This document shows positions 18,906-29,083 of a DNA stretch of 64,000 bases, piece after piece (position 1 is the first letter of the stretch; each line of letters begins with the position of its first letter). This DNA comes from a virus. The stretch lies in IMG/VR virus record IMGVR_UViG_3300017917_000894, positions 1-64,000 of that record. One strand, given 5' to 3'. The notes beneath the pieces are model-generated. The model did not search any database and was not told the origin of the DNA. It worked only from the letters and a program-made list of their open reading frames with translations. Position numbers and translations under genes: made by a program.

Positions 18906-19293
18906 ACTAACAAGAATTGTGTTAGAGCACCAAGGTAAAGATACTTCTGAAAAAAACATAAAAAAATATATCCCTGCACTCTGGATAAATCCTAGACAAA
19001 AAGAAAAAGGCGGATTAAGGTTAACTCCGGCCGGTCTAGAAGCACTACAATCTGTCGGTTTCAAATATTACGAAATCAAAATTGAAGATCAAATTCAATG
19101 GACCAACGATTTCATAATTTGGCTAGATCAAAACATCGAATGTCCATTTTTTGTAACTAATAGAAAAATTTGGGTATTCGGCGAACGACTGGCAGTTCAA
19201 TTAGTGTTGTTTTCTGGCAACATTCAAAAATTCTATAAAGCTAAGAAAAAATCCAAGCTAAATCAAGAAACTATTGACAAGTCAGTGCATTGA
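18889..19293 (+). CDS. hypothetical protein
   Basis: 134 aa, GGLRLT motif. Confidence 0.65.
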   Translation: MNQKFELTRIVLEHQGKDTSEKNIKKYIPALWINPRQKEKGGLRLTPAGLEALQSVGFKYYEIKIEDQIQWTNDFIIWLDQNIECPFFVTNRKIWVFGERLAVQLVLFSGNIQKFYKAKKKSKLNQETIDKSVH

Positions 19294-19302
19294 CGCTATA
19301 CT
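19274..19302 (+). promoter_or_regulatory. strong sigma70-like promoter
   Basis: TTGACA-17-TATACT. Confidence 0.75.
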
Positions 19303-19345
19303 AATAGAACAGTAAGCAACTTGTTCAACTTTTTTGAAAGACATC

Positions 19346-20431
19346 ATGGCAAAAGAATCTATTTCAACTAACCGTACTGTTAGCCCCAACGAAGCCAAGG
19401 CGGCTATCCGTAAAGCTATTAAAAAGCAACGTCCTATTTTTATGTGGGGTCCTCCGGGCATTGGTAAGAGCGATATTATCAAGCAAATTGGCGAGGAGCA
19501 AGACCGCGATGTAATTGACGTTCGATTGAGTCTCTGGGAACCTACTGATATTAAAGGTATTCCTTATTACAATAGCCAAGCTAATACTATGAGCTGGGCG
19601 CCACCTGCTGAATTGCCTACTGATCCCGAATCTACTGCTATCCTATTCCTTGACGAATTGAACTCTGCGGCACCTGCTACTCAAGCGGCTGCTTATCAGC
19701 TAATCCTTAATCGTCGTGTCGGTACTTATGTACTTCCCAAGGGTGTTAGTATTGTTGCCGCAGGTAACCGCGAAACTGACAAGGGCGTTACTTACCGTAT
19801 GCCTGCTCCGCTGGCAAACCGTTTTGTTCACATTGAACTCCGTGTAGATTTTGACGACTGGCATCAATGGGCAGTCATGAATCGAATCCACGAACAGGTC
19901 GTAGGTTATGTTGGTTTTGCTAAACAGGATCTGTATGACTTCGATCCGAAAGGTTCTAGCAAGGCATTTGCTACCCCTCGTTCTTGGTCGTTTGTCAGCG
20001 AATTGCTCGAAGACGACGATGTCAGCGAAAACACTCTTACCGATCTTATCTCAGGTGCAGTCGGAGAAGGCCTTGCTGTGAAGTTTATGGCTCACCGTAA
20101 GGTTGCCAAGCAAATGCCTAAGCCCGAAGACATTCTAGCAGGCAAGGTTAAGAAGTTTGATATCAAAGAAATCTCTGCGATGTATTCTTTAACCATTAGT
20201 CTGTGCTACGAGCTTCAAGAAGCTGACAAAAAGAAGGCTAAAGATTGGGATGCAATGGCCGACAACTTCTTTGGTTTCATGATGGATAATTTCCCAACTG
20301 AGCTAGTTGTTATGGGTGCTAAGGTTGCACTTACTAACTATCAACTGCCATTTGATGCTAGCAAGCTCAAGAACTTTGACAAGTTCCATGACAAATACGG
20401 AAAGTACATTATCCAAGCAATGGAAGGCTAA
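19346..20431 (+). CDS. MoxR-like AAA+ ATPase
   Basis: Walker A GPPGIGKS, Walker B LFLDE, AAGN, PLANRF, TPRSW. Confidence 0.9.
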   Translation: MAKESISTNRTVSPNEAKAAIRKAIKKQRPIFMWGPPGIGKSDIIKQIGEEQDRDVIDVRLSLWEPTDIKGIPYYNSQANTMSWAPPAELPTDPESTAILFLDELNSAAPATQAAAYQLILNRRVGTYVLPKGVSIVAAGNRETDKGVTYRMPAPLANRFVHIELRVDFDDWHQWAVMNRIHEQVVGYVGFAKQDLYDFDPKGSSKAFATPRSWSFVSELLEDDDVSENTLTDLISGAVGEGLAVKFMAHRKVAKQMPKPEDILAGKVKKFDIKEISAMYSLTISLCYELQEADKKKAKDWDAMADNFFGFMMDNFPTELVVMGAKVALTNYQLPFDASKLKNFDKFHDKYGKYIIQAMEG

Positions 20432-20435
20432 AATT

Positions 20436-20456
20436 GGGCCCGTAAGGGCCCTTTTT
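20436..20456 (+). terminator. intrinsic terminator
   Basis: GGGCCC-GTAA-GGGCCC-TTTTT. Confidence 0.85.
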
Positions 20457-20458
20457 AC

Positions 20459-20487
20459 TTGCTATTTGGCAAAAAAGAGTATATAAT
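20459..20487 (+). promoter_or_regulatory. sigma70-like promoter
   Basis: TTGCTA-17-TATAAT ahead of SD AAGGAG. Confidence 0.7.
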
Positions 20488-20511
20488 AGTAGAATACTAA
20501 GGAGTTATACA

Positions 20512-21777
20512 ATGAGCGCAGTAATGAAACAGGAAAAGCAAAAAAAGCAAGACTGGCTTGGCAAGGAATTTAGTTCTTCCGAAAAAGCTAAAATTCTCGA
20601 CAAGTTGATCACTGCTCGAGTCGGCCTGTTGCTTCGTCACCCGTTCTTCGGCAATCTTGCTACCAGAATGAAACTAGTCGACGCCAGCGATTGGTGTGCC
20701 ACACTGGCCACTGACGGACGAACTTTTTATTTTAATTATGGATTTGTAAACAAACTCACTCCTAAAGAATGCGAATTCGGCTTTGCACACGAAGTTCTGC
20801 ACAACGTATTTGATCATCTAGGCCGTCGAGATGGACGCGATCCTCAGTTGAGCAATATTGCCGCAGACTATGCTGTCAATCAAATCCTTAAAGATGAACG
20901 CATCGGTACTGTTCCTCACTTCCTACAAATTTTTCAAGACGATCGATATCGCGGTAAGGCCTATGAAGAAATTTATGCCGACCTCTACGAAAGAGCAGAA
21001 AAAATCGATCTCAGTCAACTCGGAGAACTTCTTGACGAACACCTCGGTGACGAAGAAGGTGAAGGAGACGGCGACGGTGAAGGTGATGGCGATCAAGAAG
21101 GTAAGGGTAAGCGTCCTAAATTAACTGCTGAAGAAAAGAAAAAGATTAGAGACGAAATTAAAGAAGCAATGGTAGCAGCCGCACAGGCTGCAGGTGCCGG
21201 CAGGGTGCCTGCCGGAGTAGCTCGATTGATTAAAGATTTTACCGAGCCTAAAATGGATTGGCGTCAACTGTTGCGTATGAATATTCAAAGTATTCTTAAA
21301 AGCAATTTCAGCTTCGGGCGTCCGAACCGCAAAAGTCAACATTCCGGAGCTATTCTTCCAGGAATGATGAACGAAGAAACTATTGACGTTTCGATCGCCA
21401 TCGACATGAGCGGTAGTATCAGCGATGCAATGGCTAAAGATTTTATCAGCGAAGTCAAAGGTATTATGGATGAATACGTAGATTTCAAACTAGATATCTG
21501 GTGCTTCGATACTGAAATCTACAACTATGCTCAATTTACTGGTGACAATGCCGACGAAATTATGGAATATGAATGTGCCGGCGGTGGTGGTACAGATTTC
21601 GAAGCTAATTGGAAGTTCATGCAAGATCAAGAAATTACTCCGAAAAAGTTTATCATGTTCACCGATGGATATCCATGCGGTAGCTGGGGCGATGAAGATT
21701 ACTGCGATACATTGTTTGTAATCCATGGAAACGATTCTATCGTTGCACCATTCGGACAAACTGCCTATTACAAATAA
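20512..21777 (+). CDS. metallopeptidase-like (HExxH) plus vWA protein (DUF2201-type)
   Basis: ATDG, AHEVLH, MIDAS motif DMSGS, GGGTDF, FTDG. Confidence 0.88.
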   Translation: MSAVMKQEKQKKQDWLGKEFSSSEKAKILDKLITARVGLLLRHPFFGNLATRMKLVDASDWCATLATDGRTFYFNYGFVNKLTPKECEFGFAHEVLHNVFDHLGRRDGRDPQLSNIAADYAVNQILKDERIGTVPHFLQIFQDDRYRGKAYEEIYADLYERAEKIDLSQLGELLDEHLGDEEGEGDGDGEGDGDQEGKGKRPKLTAEEKKKIRDEIKEAMVAAAQAAGAGRVPAGVARLIKDFTEPKMDWRQLLRMNIQSILKSNFSFGRPNRKSQHSGAILPGMMNEETIDVSIAIDMSGSISDAMAKDFISEVKGIMDEYVDFKLDIWCFDTEIYNYAQFTGDNADEIMEYECAGGGGTDFEANWKFMQDQEITPKKFIMFTDGYPCGSWGDEDYCDTLFVIHGNDSIVAPFGQTAYYK

Positions 21778-21808
21778 GGCAAAATTTAATTTGTCATAGA
21801 AAAATAGG

Positions 21809-21816
21809 TATAAATA
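21809..21816 (+). promoter_or_regulatory. T4-type late promoter
   Basis: TATAAATA just upstream of ATG21830. Confidence 0.6.
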
Positions 21817-21829
21817 AAGTAGGTAGTTT

Positions 21830-22123
21830 ATGTCTCTAAATAGAGGAACAGTAAATCCGTTAAATGTATTAGGAGTAAGAAAATTAGAGTTTATTCCTAA
21901 CCATTTTTCTAAAATTACTGTCAAGCATAAAGTTGATACCAAAAATATAGAACATTGGATCGAATACAATTTAAATAGTAGATATGCTATCCAGATTAAA
22001 CATGGATTAGATGACAATAGGAAAATAACATCTGTAACTATTATAGGTGTTGAAGATCCTAAAGAATTAACCATGCTTTCATTAGGATGTCAATTTTTAC
22101 ATAACAAAAAGGATATATTTTAA
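21830..22123 (+). CDS. hypothetical protein
   Basis: 97-aa ORF. Confidence 0.65.
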   Translation: MSLNRGTVNPLNVLGVRKLEFIPNHFSKITVKHKVDTKNIEHWIEYNLNSRYAIQIKHGLDDNRKITSVTIIGVEDPKELTMLSLGCQFLHNKKDIF

Positions 22124-22124
22124 A

Positions 22125-22382
22125 ATGGAAACCCAAGACACAGTACAACCAACTCCCCCAGCACCGGAAATGCCAACTGGTACTCCTCCTCAGCAACCAG
22201 ATCTTACAATCACTGATCTAGCAAATCTACGTGCCATCGTTGATGTAGCAGTGCGTAGAGGTGCATTCAGTGCATCTGAAGTATCTGGGGTCGGAGCAGC
22301 TTTTGACAAGCTCAACACTTTCCTAAACACCGTGGCACCGCCTAAAGGAGATCAACCTGTCCCGCCTGCCACACAGAAATAA
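22125..22382 (+). CDS. hypothetical protein
   Basis: 85 aa, IVDVAVRRGAF. Confidence 0.7.
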   Translation: METQDTVQPTPPAPEMPTGTPPQQPDLTITDLANLRAIVDVAVRRGAFSASEVSGVGAAFDKLNTFLNTVAPPKGDQPVPPATQK

Positions 22383-22395
22383 TTAGGGGATACAT

Positions 22396-22986
22396 ATGAA
22401 ACATGTGGGAAAAATGAAGAACAACTCTGCTCGTGTAGCAGTTGTTTATAGAACACTACCTGGAGAACCTAACAGTGCTCTAGTAGTAGGCACAAACGGG
22501 TTACCCGATGCCTATCACGATTCACTTATGGCTCTCATTGAGAGCGACTCGGGGCAACAGGCAAATGAACTGGCCGACATTCTAGCCGCTCGTCGATTTC
22601 CAGACGGCGAAGTTATGTTGGGATGGCTTCATGCACGTGGTCAACTAAAGAAAGTTCCCACTAGTCTTGTACTCATGACTCCTAACCCTCAAACACAGAT
22701 TCAACTAGACGAACTCAACAAGATGATTGCCGAACAAAAAGGTATTACAGTCGACGAACTAGCAATAGCGGAAGAATCTGCTAAAGAGGCAGCAAAAGCT
22801 GAAGAAATTATTGTTCCAACTGAATTAACTACATCGAGTCCAGCAGTCGAATCCGACGTAGTTAATGCGGCGGCTCTTCGTTCGATGGCTGATAAGTTAT
22901 TCAAAGAAGCGCAGGCTCTTCGTAAGAAAGCTGACGAAATGGAACCTCCTGTTAAAAAGGCAAAGACAGCAAAAGCCGAGGCTTAA
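22396..22986 (+). CDS. hypothetical protein
   Basis: 196 aa with SD GGGGA. Confidence 0.75.
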   Translation: MKHVGKMKNNSARVAVVYRTLPGEPNSALVVGTNGLPDAYHDSLMALIESDSGQQANELADILAARRFPDGEVMLGWLHARGQLKKVPTSLVLMTPNPQTQIQLDELNKMIAEQKGITVDELAIAEESAKEAAKAEEIIVPTELTTSSPAVESDVVNAAALRSMADKLFKEAQALRKKADEMEPPVKKAKTAKAEA

Positions 22987-23468
22987 TGATCAATTGTATA
23001 GTAGCAGTTGAACGTAACCAGGGCATAGGATTTAATGGTTCTATGCCCTGGCCTCGCCTTTCGGGTGATATGAAATGGTTTCGAGAACAGACAACAGATC
23101 AAATCGTAATCATGGGTCGTAAGACTTGGGATAGTATAGGATCTAAATCTTTGCCAAATAGAATTAATCTTGTTTTAAGCAGATCAAAAATCGAAGGAGC
23201 AGATTGTTGTTCACCAGACACTGACTGGCTATTAGATTACTGCAAAACTTTTTATCCTTATAAAGAAATTTATATTATCGGCGGAAGTGCCGTTTATCAG
23301 CATTATCTAGACATTGTAGATCGATTTTATATTACAGAAATTGATGCTGATTATAAATGCGACACCTTCTTTGACTTAAATTATGTTCAAGAGAACTTTA
23401 CAAAAGTTACAGAACATGCTACATTTACTGATCCAATAAAATATACAATTAAAGAATATAACCTATGA
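22986..23468 (+). CDS. frd: dihydrofolate reductase
   Basis: GIGFNGSMPW, DMKWF, IMGRKTWDSI, LPNRINLVLS, IIGG. Confidence 0.95.
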   Translation: MINCIVAVERNQGIGFNGSMPWPRLSGDMKWFREQTTDQIVIMGRKTWDSIGSKSLPNRINLVLSRSKIEGADCCSPDTDWLLDYCKTFYPYKEIYIIGGSAVYQHYLDIVDRFYITEIDADYKCDTFFDLNYVQENFTKVTEHATFTDPIKYTIKEYNL

Positions 23469-24349
23469 CACATCCAGAATTTGAATACCTAAATCTTCTT
23501 CAATCAATATTAGATACCGGTGAACATAGACCGGACAGAACAGGCGTAGGTACTATCAGCAAGTTCGGAGTTCAAATGAGGTTTGATCTTTCAAAAGGAT
23601 TCCCTGCTATTACAACAAAAAAATTAGCATGGAGAGCTGTAGTAAGCGAGCTACTGTGGTTCATTGAAGGAAGCGGAGACGAGTTTAGATTAAGAGAAAT
23701 ACTACACGGTAGCCGAAATAGCGATAAAAAAACTATATGGACTGACAATGCTACTGCTGACTATTGGGTTAAACGTCGGCTGCAAAGACACGCCGGTGAC
23801 CTCGGGCGTGTTTACGGTGTTCAGTGGCGTAAATGGCGTCAACCTTTAATTCGAATTAATAAAGTTATCTTACAAAATTTAGATCAACTTCAAAACTTAA
23901 TTGAGGGAATTAAAGCAGATCCATATGGACGCAGACATATTATTACGGCATGGAATCCCGGAGAATTAGAATTAATGGCATTGCCTCCTTGCCATTTAAT
24001 GTCTCAGTTTTACGTGAGTAATGGCAAATTAAGTTGCCAAATGTATCAAAGATCTGCTGATATGTTTTTAGGAGTTCCTTTTAACATTGCGTCGTATGCT
24101 TTATTCACACATATGATTGCACAGGTCTGCAATTTAAAAGTCGGCGAGCTTATTATCACATTAGGCGATGCTCATATCTACGAAAATCATATTGATCAGG
24201 TAAAAGAACAACTAGCAAGAGAACCGCTAAACTTACCGTTTCTGCAATTAAATCCAGAAGTTCAAGATATTACAAAGTTTACAATGGATGACGTTCACTT
24301 AATTGGATATGAAAGTCATAGCTCAATTAAAGCACCCATGGCTGTTTAA
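23465..24349 (+). CDS. thyA: thymidylate synthase
   Basis: DRTGVGT, ELLWF, LPPCH, YQRSADMFLGVPFN, DAHIYENH. Confidence 0.97.
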   Translation: MTHPEFEYLNLLQSILDTGEHRPDRTGVGTISKFGVQMRFDLSKGFPAITTKKLAWRAVVSELLWFIEGSGDEFRLREILHGSRNSDKKTIWTDNATADYWVKRRLQRHAGDLGRVYGVQWRKWRQPLIRINKVILQNLDQLQNLIEGIKADPYGRRHIITAWNPGELELMALPPCHLMSQFYVSNGKLSCQMYQRSADMFLGVPFNIASYALFTHMIAQVCNLKVGELIITLGDAHIYENHIDQVKEQLAREPLNLPFLQLNPEVQDITKFTMDDVHLIGYESHSSIKAPMAV

Positions 24350-25614
24350 ACTTTAATCTCAATAGTTCCTTCAGTTCCGTCGAATGATTCAAGTGCTTTT
24401 CCGATAACAGCAGACGGGTGGTCTCCAACTATCGCTGCTATTGCGAAACCTGGTTTAGGACCGGAAACTAGTAGTTGACCTTTTTTCACAGGACCTAGTA
24501 CTTTACATTTTACACGACCAGCTAGTGCCACATAAGGATGAGTTAGATCAGTGCCAGCATCACTGTTCATCATATATGCAGGCTTTTCAGAAATTACTCC
24601 TGCCACAGCAGTATCTGCTCTAACAATGGTTGTAGTAATTTCTTTGTCGCCGCCAATTATAACCACAGTACCGGGCTCATACACTGCATCAGATGCGTAT
24701 CTTTCTGCTAGATCGGCGTAATAGGCGCTGGTAGCAATACCTTTAAACAAGGAAGCTGTTACACTATTGTCTCCAGGATTATAATAAAAAGAACTAGTTG
24801 TATAAACAGCAGATGCCTGACCGGCAACAGTAGATGTTGTATAAGGAATTGGTAAAATATTGTTAGTAACTGGAGTAGGAGTTAAAGAAAATCCTATTGC
24901 AAAGGTTGCGGTATTTGCTTCTACCGCATGTCGAGCACTACCCCAGAAATAAACGCCTTTAGATGCCGATTCCCCTGTAATATAGTCAGACCCAATGAGT
25001 GTAATTCCCTTTGCGATTGTAGCAGTTGTTTCAGAAGTATAAATTGGAAATCTTGGAAACGGCTCTTGAGTAGGCTGTGCAAGAGTGTATGTTTCGGCCG
25101 ATACAACAGCTATGACATCATTGTTTGCTCCAATTATACCTTTAATATTAAACTTAGGTGTGCCAGGATCTTCTTCGCCGTATTCAACGTCACCGCTCCA
25201 ATAAGCCTTAGTATCAGAACCGCTTGGAGGACCAACTAATATAAAATCCTCACCGTTAAAAACATATAATTGTTTCTCACGATTATCAAACCATAAATCG
25301 CCTGATACAAATTCTTTAGTACCTGCAGGATTGGTGTTGCTAACTTCAACATTTGCTACAGATTTCCAATTAGTATCGTCGTAGACATTAATTCTTCTAT
25401 TTGTTACATCATACCACAATTGGCCTTTAATTGGTTTTTGTGGCGGAATAACATTAGAAAAATTTTCTAAAAGTTTTAAGAAGTTTTCGTTTTGCCATTC
25501 ACCGTAACCTGCATAATTTCTACCTACAAAAAATAAATCTGTAGTTATATCTAATGATGCGTCTTGAACTGTTGTTAAAACGGTTCCGTCAGTTTTATTT
25601 AAAATGTAAGGCAT
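24346..25614 (-). CDS. tail fiber/baseplate-associated protein with C-terminal autocleaving chaperone-like domain
   Basis: Shared N-terminal module (VGRNYAGYGE..NENFLKLLENF...GQLWYD); C-terminus ADLAERY...PGTVV...VALAGRV...IGKALE. Confidence 0.7.
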   Translation of the reverse strand: MPYILNKTDGTVLTTVQDASLDITTDLFFVGRNYAGYGEWQNENFLKLLENFSNVIPPQKPIKGQLWYDVTNRRINVYDDTNWKSVANVEVSNTNPAGTKEFVSGDLWFDNREKQLYVFNGEDFILVGPPSGSDTKAYWSGDVEYGEEDPGTPKFNIKGIIGANNDVIAVVSAETYTLAQPTQEPFPRFPIYTSETTATIAKGITLIGSDYITGESASKGVYFWGSARHAVEANTATFAIGFSLTPTPVTNNILPIPYTTSTVAGQASAVYTTSSFYYNPGDNSVTASLFKGIATSAYYADLAERYASDAVYEPGTVVIIGGDKEITTTIVRADTAVAGVISEKPAYMMNSDAGTDLTHPYVALAGRVKCKVLGPVKKGQLLVSGPKPGFAIAAIVGDHPSAVIGKALESFDGTEGTIEIKV

Positions 25615-25615
25615 A

Positions 25616-26638
25616 TTAATAAGTCCAAGATGAAGTTGAAATAATGTTTGTCAATGTACTAGCTATATAGGTTGCAGTATAGAGATTATAAGGTCTCCAA
25701 TCCAATGTTCCTGGGATCACTTCTTCTAACCTAAAATGCCGTATTGTTGTACTTCTATAAGATCCAGTACTATAAACAGAAACTACTCTTGCTTCGGAAT
25801 TTACATCATAATGCGTTGAAGTATTAGGAAATAACCCTGCTAAAATTACATTAGTTAATGTAGCATTTGATCTATTAAGACTATTATATCTTTCTGCCTG
25901 AGAAACACCAGATCCAATAGGATCTGCCCATGCATTAACTTCAAAATATGCAGTTAATGACTTATCAACCTTGTGACGTCCTCTTACAAACAGATTGCCT
26001 TTAACATCTAAATCATCAATAACAGTTACACCTTTAACTACAGGAGTAACCACACCACTATTAAAATAAACTGTAGAACTACTTGCACTCATCTTAAATG
26101 AAGCTGTAGTTATAAGGGCCGTCGGAGATCCATAAGAATAAACCACACTGGCTTTTTGTTCAGCATTAAAATCATTGTCGTAAATCTTTACTCTCGACGG
26201 TTCCACTCCAAACTTTCCTAATTGAGCGGACACTGCTGGACCAATCAAATTCCAAGGTCCTGTAGGAGTAGATGTAGTGAATACATATAATTGTTGGCTT
26301 GTTGGATTAAACCAAAGTTCTCCAGAACTTGTAGAAATAGGCTGAGTTGAACTAATAGTAGCACCGTAAACTGGTTTCCACTCTGTTCCATTATAAATTT
26401 TTAAAACTTTGTTAGTCGGCTTACTAGTATCGTACCATAATTGACCTGTTTTTTCATAGGCCGGGGGTGTAGCATTTGAAAAGCTAGTTAACAGCTTGGT
26501 AAAATTTGTATTAAAATATTGTCCGTAATTGTTAACGTTTTTTCCTACTAGATCTAAAGACGTTGATAAAGAATCTACTGTACCATCTGCAATAGTAGTT
26601 AATATCGAACCGTCATTATTATAAATTATGTATGCCAT
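25616..26638 (-). CDS. tail/baseplate-associated protein (paralogous N-terminal module)
   Basis: LVGKNVNNYGQYFNTNFTKLL...GQLWYD. Confidence 0.7.
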   Translation of the reverse strand: MAYIIYNNDGSILTTIADGTVDSLSTSLDLVGKNVNNYGQYFNTNFTKLLTSFSNATPPAYEKTGQLWYDTSKPTNKVLKIYNGTEWKPVYGATISSTQPISTSSGELWFNPTSQQLYVFTTSTPTGPWNLIGPAVSAQLGKFGVEPSRVKIYDNDFNAEQKASVVYSYGSPTALITTASFKMSASSSTVYFNSGVVTPVVKGVTVIDDLDVKGNLFVRGRHKVDKSLTAYFEVNAWADPIGSGVSQAERYNSLNRSNATLTNVILAGLFPNTSTHYDVNSEARVVSVYSTGSYRSTTIRHFRLEEVIPGTLDWRPYNLYTATYIASTLTNIISTSSWTY

Positions 26639-26641
26639 TTT

Positions 26642-28423
26642 TTATGTCTTTATAATGTAATAGACAGGTCTTCCACCTGTTGCAGTTGTTATATTCATCA
26701 TGTTAGGCACACTAAAATTACCCGCGGCGCCGCCATAACCGTATCCAATAACACCAAATAAGTCAGGGTGAGTTGTTATAGGATAACTAGATCCGTCACA
26801 TAACAAAAATTCGTTGCCAATTAACATTGTTAATGTAGATGTTCCGTAGGGAATAATCATACCTGGCTGGAACACCTGTGCATAAACATCTGCTAAAAAG
26901 TCTTTTTTACTAATTTTTTGCAGACCAGTACCGGCACCAGTTGCAGTATTAACTACCATTAATGTTTGTGTAGCGGTCGTTGATGTAGTCAACGACTGTC
27001 CAGTTACCATCAACGAAGTTGCAGTAACAACTAGATTAATATTTCCGCTGCCGTTAAAGTTATAGCCACCAGCAGTTGCCATGTGTCCAGTTACTTTAAA
27101 CTCGCGTGCTACTGCTAAAGTTGTTGCAGTGTTTACTGATCCGTTAATATAAACATAGGTGCCAGTTGATGCAATTTCAGAAACATAAATTCTTCTAAAG
27201 GCTTTACTTGAACTACCTAGATCGTAGCTATCATTTTCGTTAGGTTCAATTATTGACCCGCTACCACCTATAACTCCTAGCTTCATTTTTCCTGCAAAAG
27301 ACGAAGTAGTTGCCACTGTTAAAGTATTTGCAGTTAATAATTTTCCAAAAGATCCGCTACCAGCAACAACTAAAGCCGAATTAGTCGTAGTTGTAATATT
27401 TACAGATCCTGAAAATTTACCAGATCCTGCTACATCTAAACTGACAGTAGGAACGCCGTTGTTAACGCCTATAAACCCACCTGATGTAAATTTTATAAAA
27501 GACTTATCATTAATTTCATCTTTAATACCAACTTTCATTGTAGAACTTTGTGTATTAGAATAATAAATTAATGCTTCTGAAGAGGTATTATAAATTCTTA
27601 TTGGCTTGTTAAGAACATCTTTTCTAACATACAGACCAGCTGAAGATTCAACGACAAACGTACCAGTGTGTATTTGAGGAATCGCTGTAGATTTATTTTT
27701 TAATACATCAGATGCTTTTACTGTAACACCGGGTGCAAGATATAATGAGGCTGCACTTTCTGCTACACCGTTATATCGTGCAACAATTTTAGAAGTTAAG
27801 TTTGTACCTTTTTTAATTGTAGTAAAACCATCAATTACAATTTTAGGTGTAAACTCATCATTTGAAATTATTTCAACTACTTTTCCGTTAACCCAATTAA
27901 GTATTATAGGATAACTTTCATTGGTATTGCTTTCGACCACAACAACTTCTGGTCCTGTTTTACTAATACCAGTTTCTACTTGAGGTCCAACAATAGTCCA
28001 TCCTGTCGAACTTTTAATTTTTAATTGATTGGCCGAAGTATCAACCCATATATCACCTAAGGTTACACCTGCACTATAACTTAGTGTAGGATCCGAATGC
28101 TGTTGATATATTCCGTTTGCAGCCGGCCATCTGTTACTGGTAATTTCGCCATTGTTAATTCTTAATACTTTTCTTGCCGGATTACTGGTATCATACCATA
28201 ATTGTCCCTTGACAGCATTTGCTGGAGGATTAGGGCCAGCAAAATTTTCCAATAATTTTAAAAAATTTTGTGCAGTATCAAGACCATAATTGTTATATCC
28301 GGGTCCCACTAAATCGAGACTAGTATCATAGTTATTCTTTCCTGGACCGACTGACGTTCCTAGAACTTCAATAGTTCCGGTATTAGTTGGATCTGAAAAT
28401 CTAAGAGTATAGGAATTTGCCAT
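26642..28423 (-). CDS. tail fiber protein with tail-collar domain
   Basis: Same N-terminal module; C-terminus PGMIIPYG...LLCDG...DLFGVIG. Confidence 0.75.
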   Translation of the reverse strand: MANSYTLRFSDPTNTGTIEVLGTSVGPGKNNYDTSLDLVGPGYNNYGLDTAQNFLKLLENFAGPNPPANAVKGQLWYDTSNPARKVLRINNGEITSNRWPAANGIYQQHSDPTLSYSAGVTLGDIWVDTSANQLKIKSSTGWTIVGPQVETGISKTGPEVVVVESNTNESYPIILNWVNGKVVEIISNDEFTPKIVIDGFTTIKKGTNLTSKIVARYNGVAESAASLYLAPGVTVKASDVLKNKSTAIPQIHTGTFVVESSAGLYVRKDVLNKPIRIYNTSSEALIYYSNTQSSTMKVGIKDEINDKSFIKFTSGGFIGVNNGVPTVSLDVAGSGKFSGSVNITTTTNSALVVAGSGSFGKLLTANTLTVATTSSFAGKMKLGVIGGSGSIIEPNENDSYDLGSSSKAFRRIYVSEIASTGTYVYINGSVNTATTLAVAREFKVTGHMATAGGYNFNGSGNINLVVTATSLMVTGQSLTTSTTATQTLMVVNTATGAGTGLQKISKKDFLADVYAQVFQPGMIIPYGTSTLTMLIGNEFLLCDGSSYPITTHPDLFGVIGYGYGGAAGNFSVPNMMNITTATGGRPVYYIIKT

Positions 28424-28424
28424 C

Positions 28425-29039
28425 TTATGCTCCAGTGCTCAAACTTTGAATTCTTACAGTATAATCTACCTGTATCATTCTGTTTAATGATTTTTGAACA
28501 GGGTGGAAAATAACATGAGTTAACAACATTCCTGTATTAGGGCCTTCAGGGTTATATGATCTTAACCCGAGCTCATCAAAAACAAATTCGCCGTCCGAAT
28601 TTGTTTCATTATCAAAAGCAGCCTGTGTACCAGGTTCACCAAAATCTAATAAGCAACTAACTAGAACATCAGTGTAAATTGTACCTGCTATATGTCTAGT
28701 TTCCATAAAGTTTCTAGCAGGATCTAGACTATAAGAACTTTTAGCATCAACTGTTTTATAATAAGTTTGATTGTAAAGGCTTGCACCAGAACCGACATTA
28801 TTAGGAGTCAAATAGGTAATTATACCAGTATTATCGATTCGTGTTCCACCATTACCGAATGCCATTTCGGCAATCGGGCCTTCTCCTTGATTAGAAATAC
28901 TCTGTGCAAGTGCTATAGAAAAGTTTTCATAGTGAATAGCATTTCGTTTATTCACAAAAATTTCTTTAGAAATCGGATCATAAATTTTTATATGACCCTG
29001 AATACTTACTGAGCTGTGATCTTTTGACAAATTGTTCAT
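28425..29039 (-). CDS. probable baseplate/tail structural protein
   Basis: NAIHYEN...FGNGG...FDELGL...HPVQKS; ATG29039 or ATG29048 likely start. Confidence 0.65.
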   Translation of the reverse strand: MNNLSKDHSSVSIQGHIKIYDPISKEIFVNKRNAIHYENFSIALAQSISNQGEGPIAEMAFGNGGTRIDNTGIITYLTPNNVGSGASLYNQTYYKTVDAKSSYSLDPARNFMETRHIAGTIYTDVLVSCLLDFGEPGTQAAFDNETNSDGEFVFDELGLRSYNPEGPNTGMLLTHVIFHPVQKSLNRMIQVDYTVRIQSLSTGA

Positions 29040-29083
29040 GTTTTTCATCCGTACCAATATTTATGCATCTAAAAATTTAGATC

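Noticed and set aside
21045-21110. GGCGACGGTGAA-type repeats
   Set aside because: Encode the G/D/E linker of the vWA protein.
21490-22074. 194-aa antisense ORF and the other shadow ORFs in the track (e.g. 16985-17434, 52413-52829, 5818-6171)
   Set aside because: They overlap well-supported genes on the other strand or frame and show no motifs or SD.
23465-24349. Thymidylate synthase as a pyrimidine hydroxymethylase
   Set aside because: Canonical ThyA motifs including PFN (the dUMP-specifying Asn), and it is coupled to DHFR.
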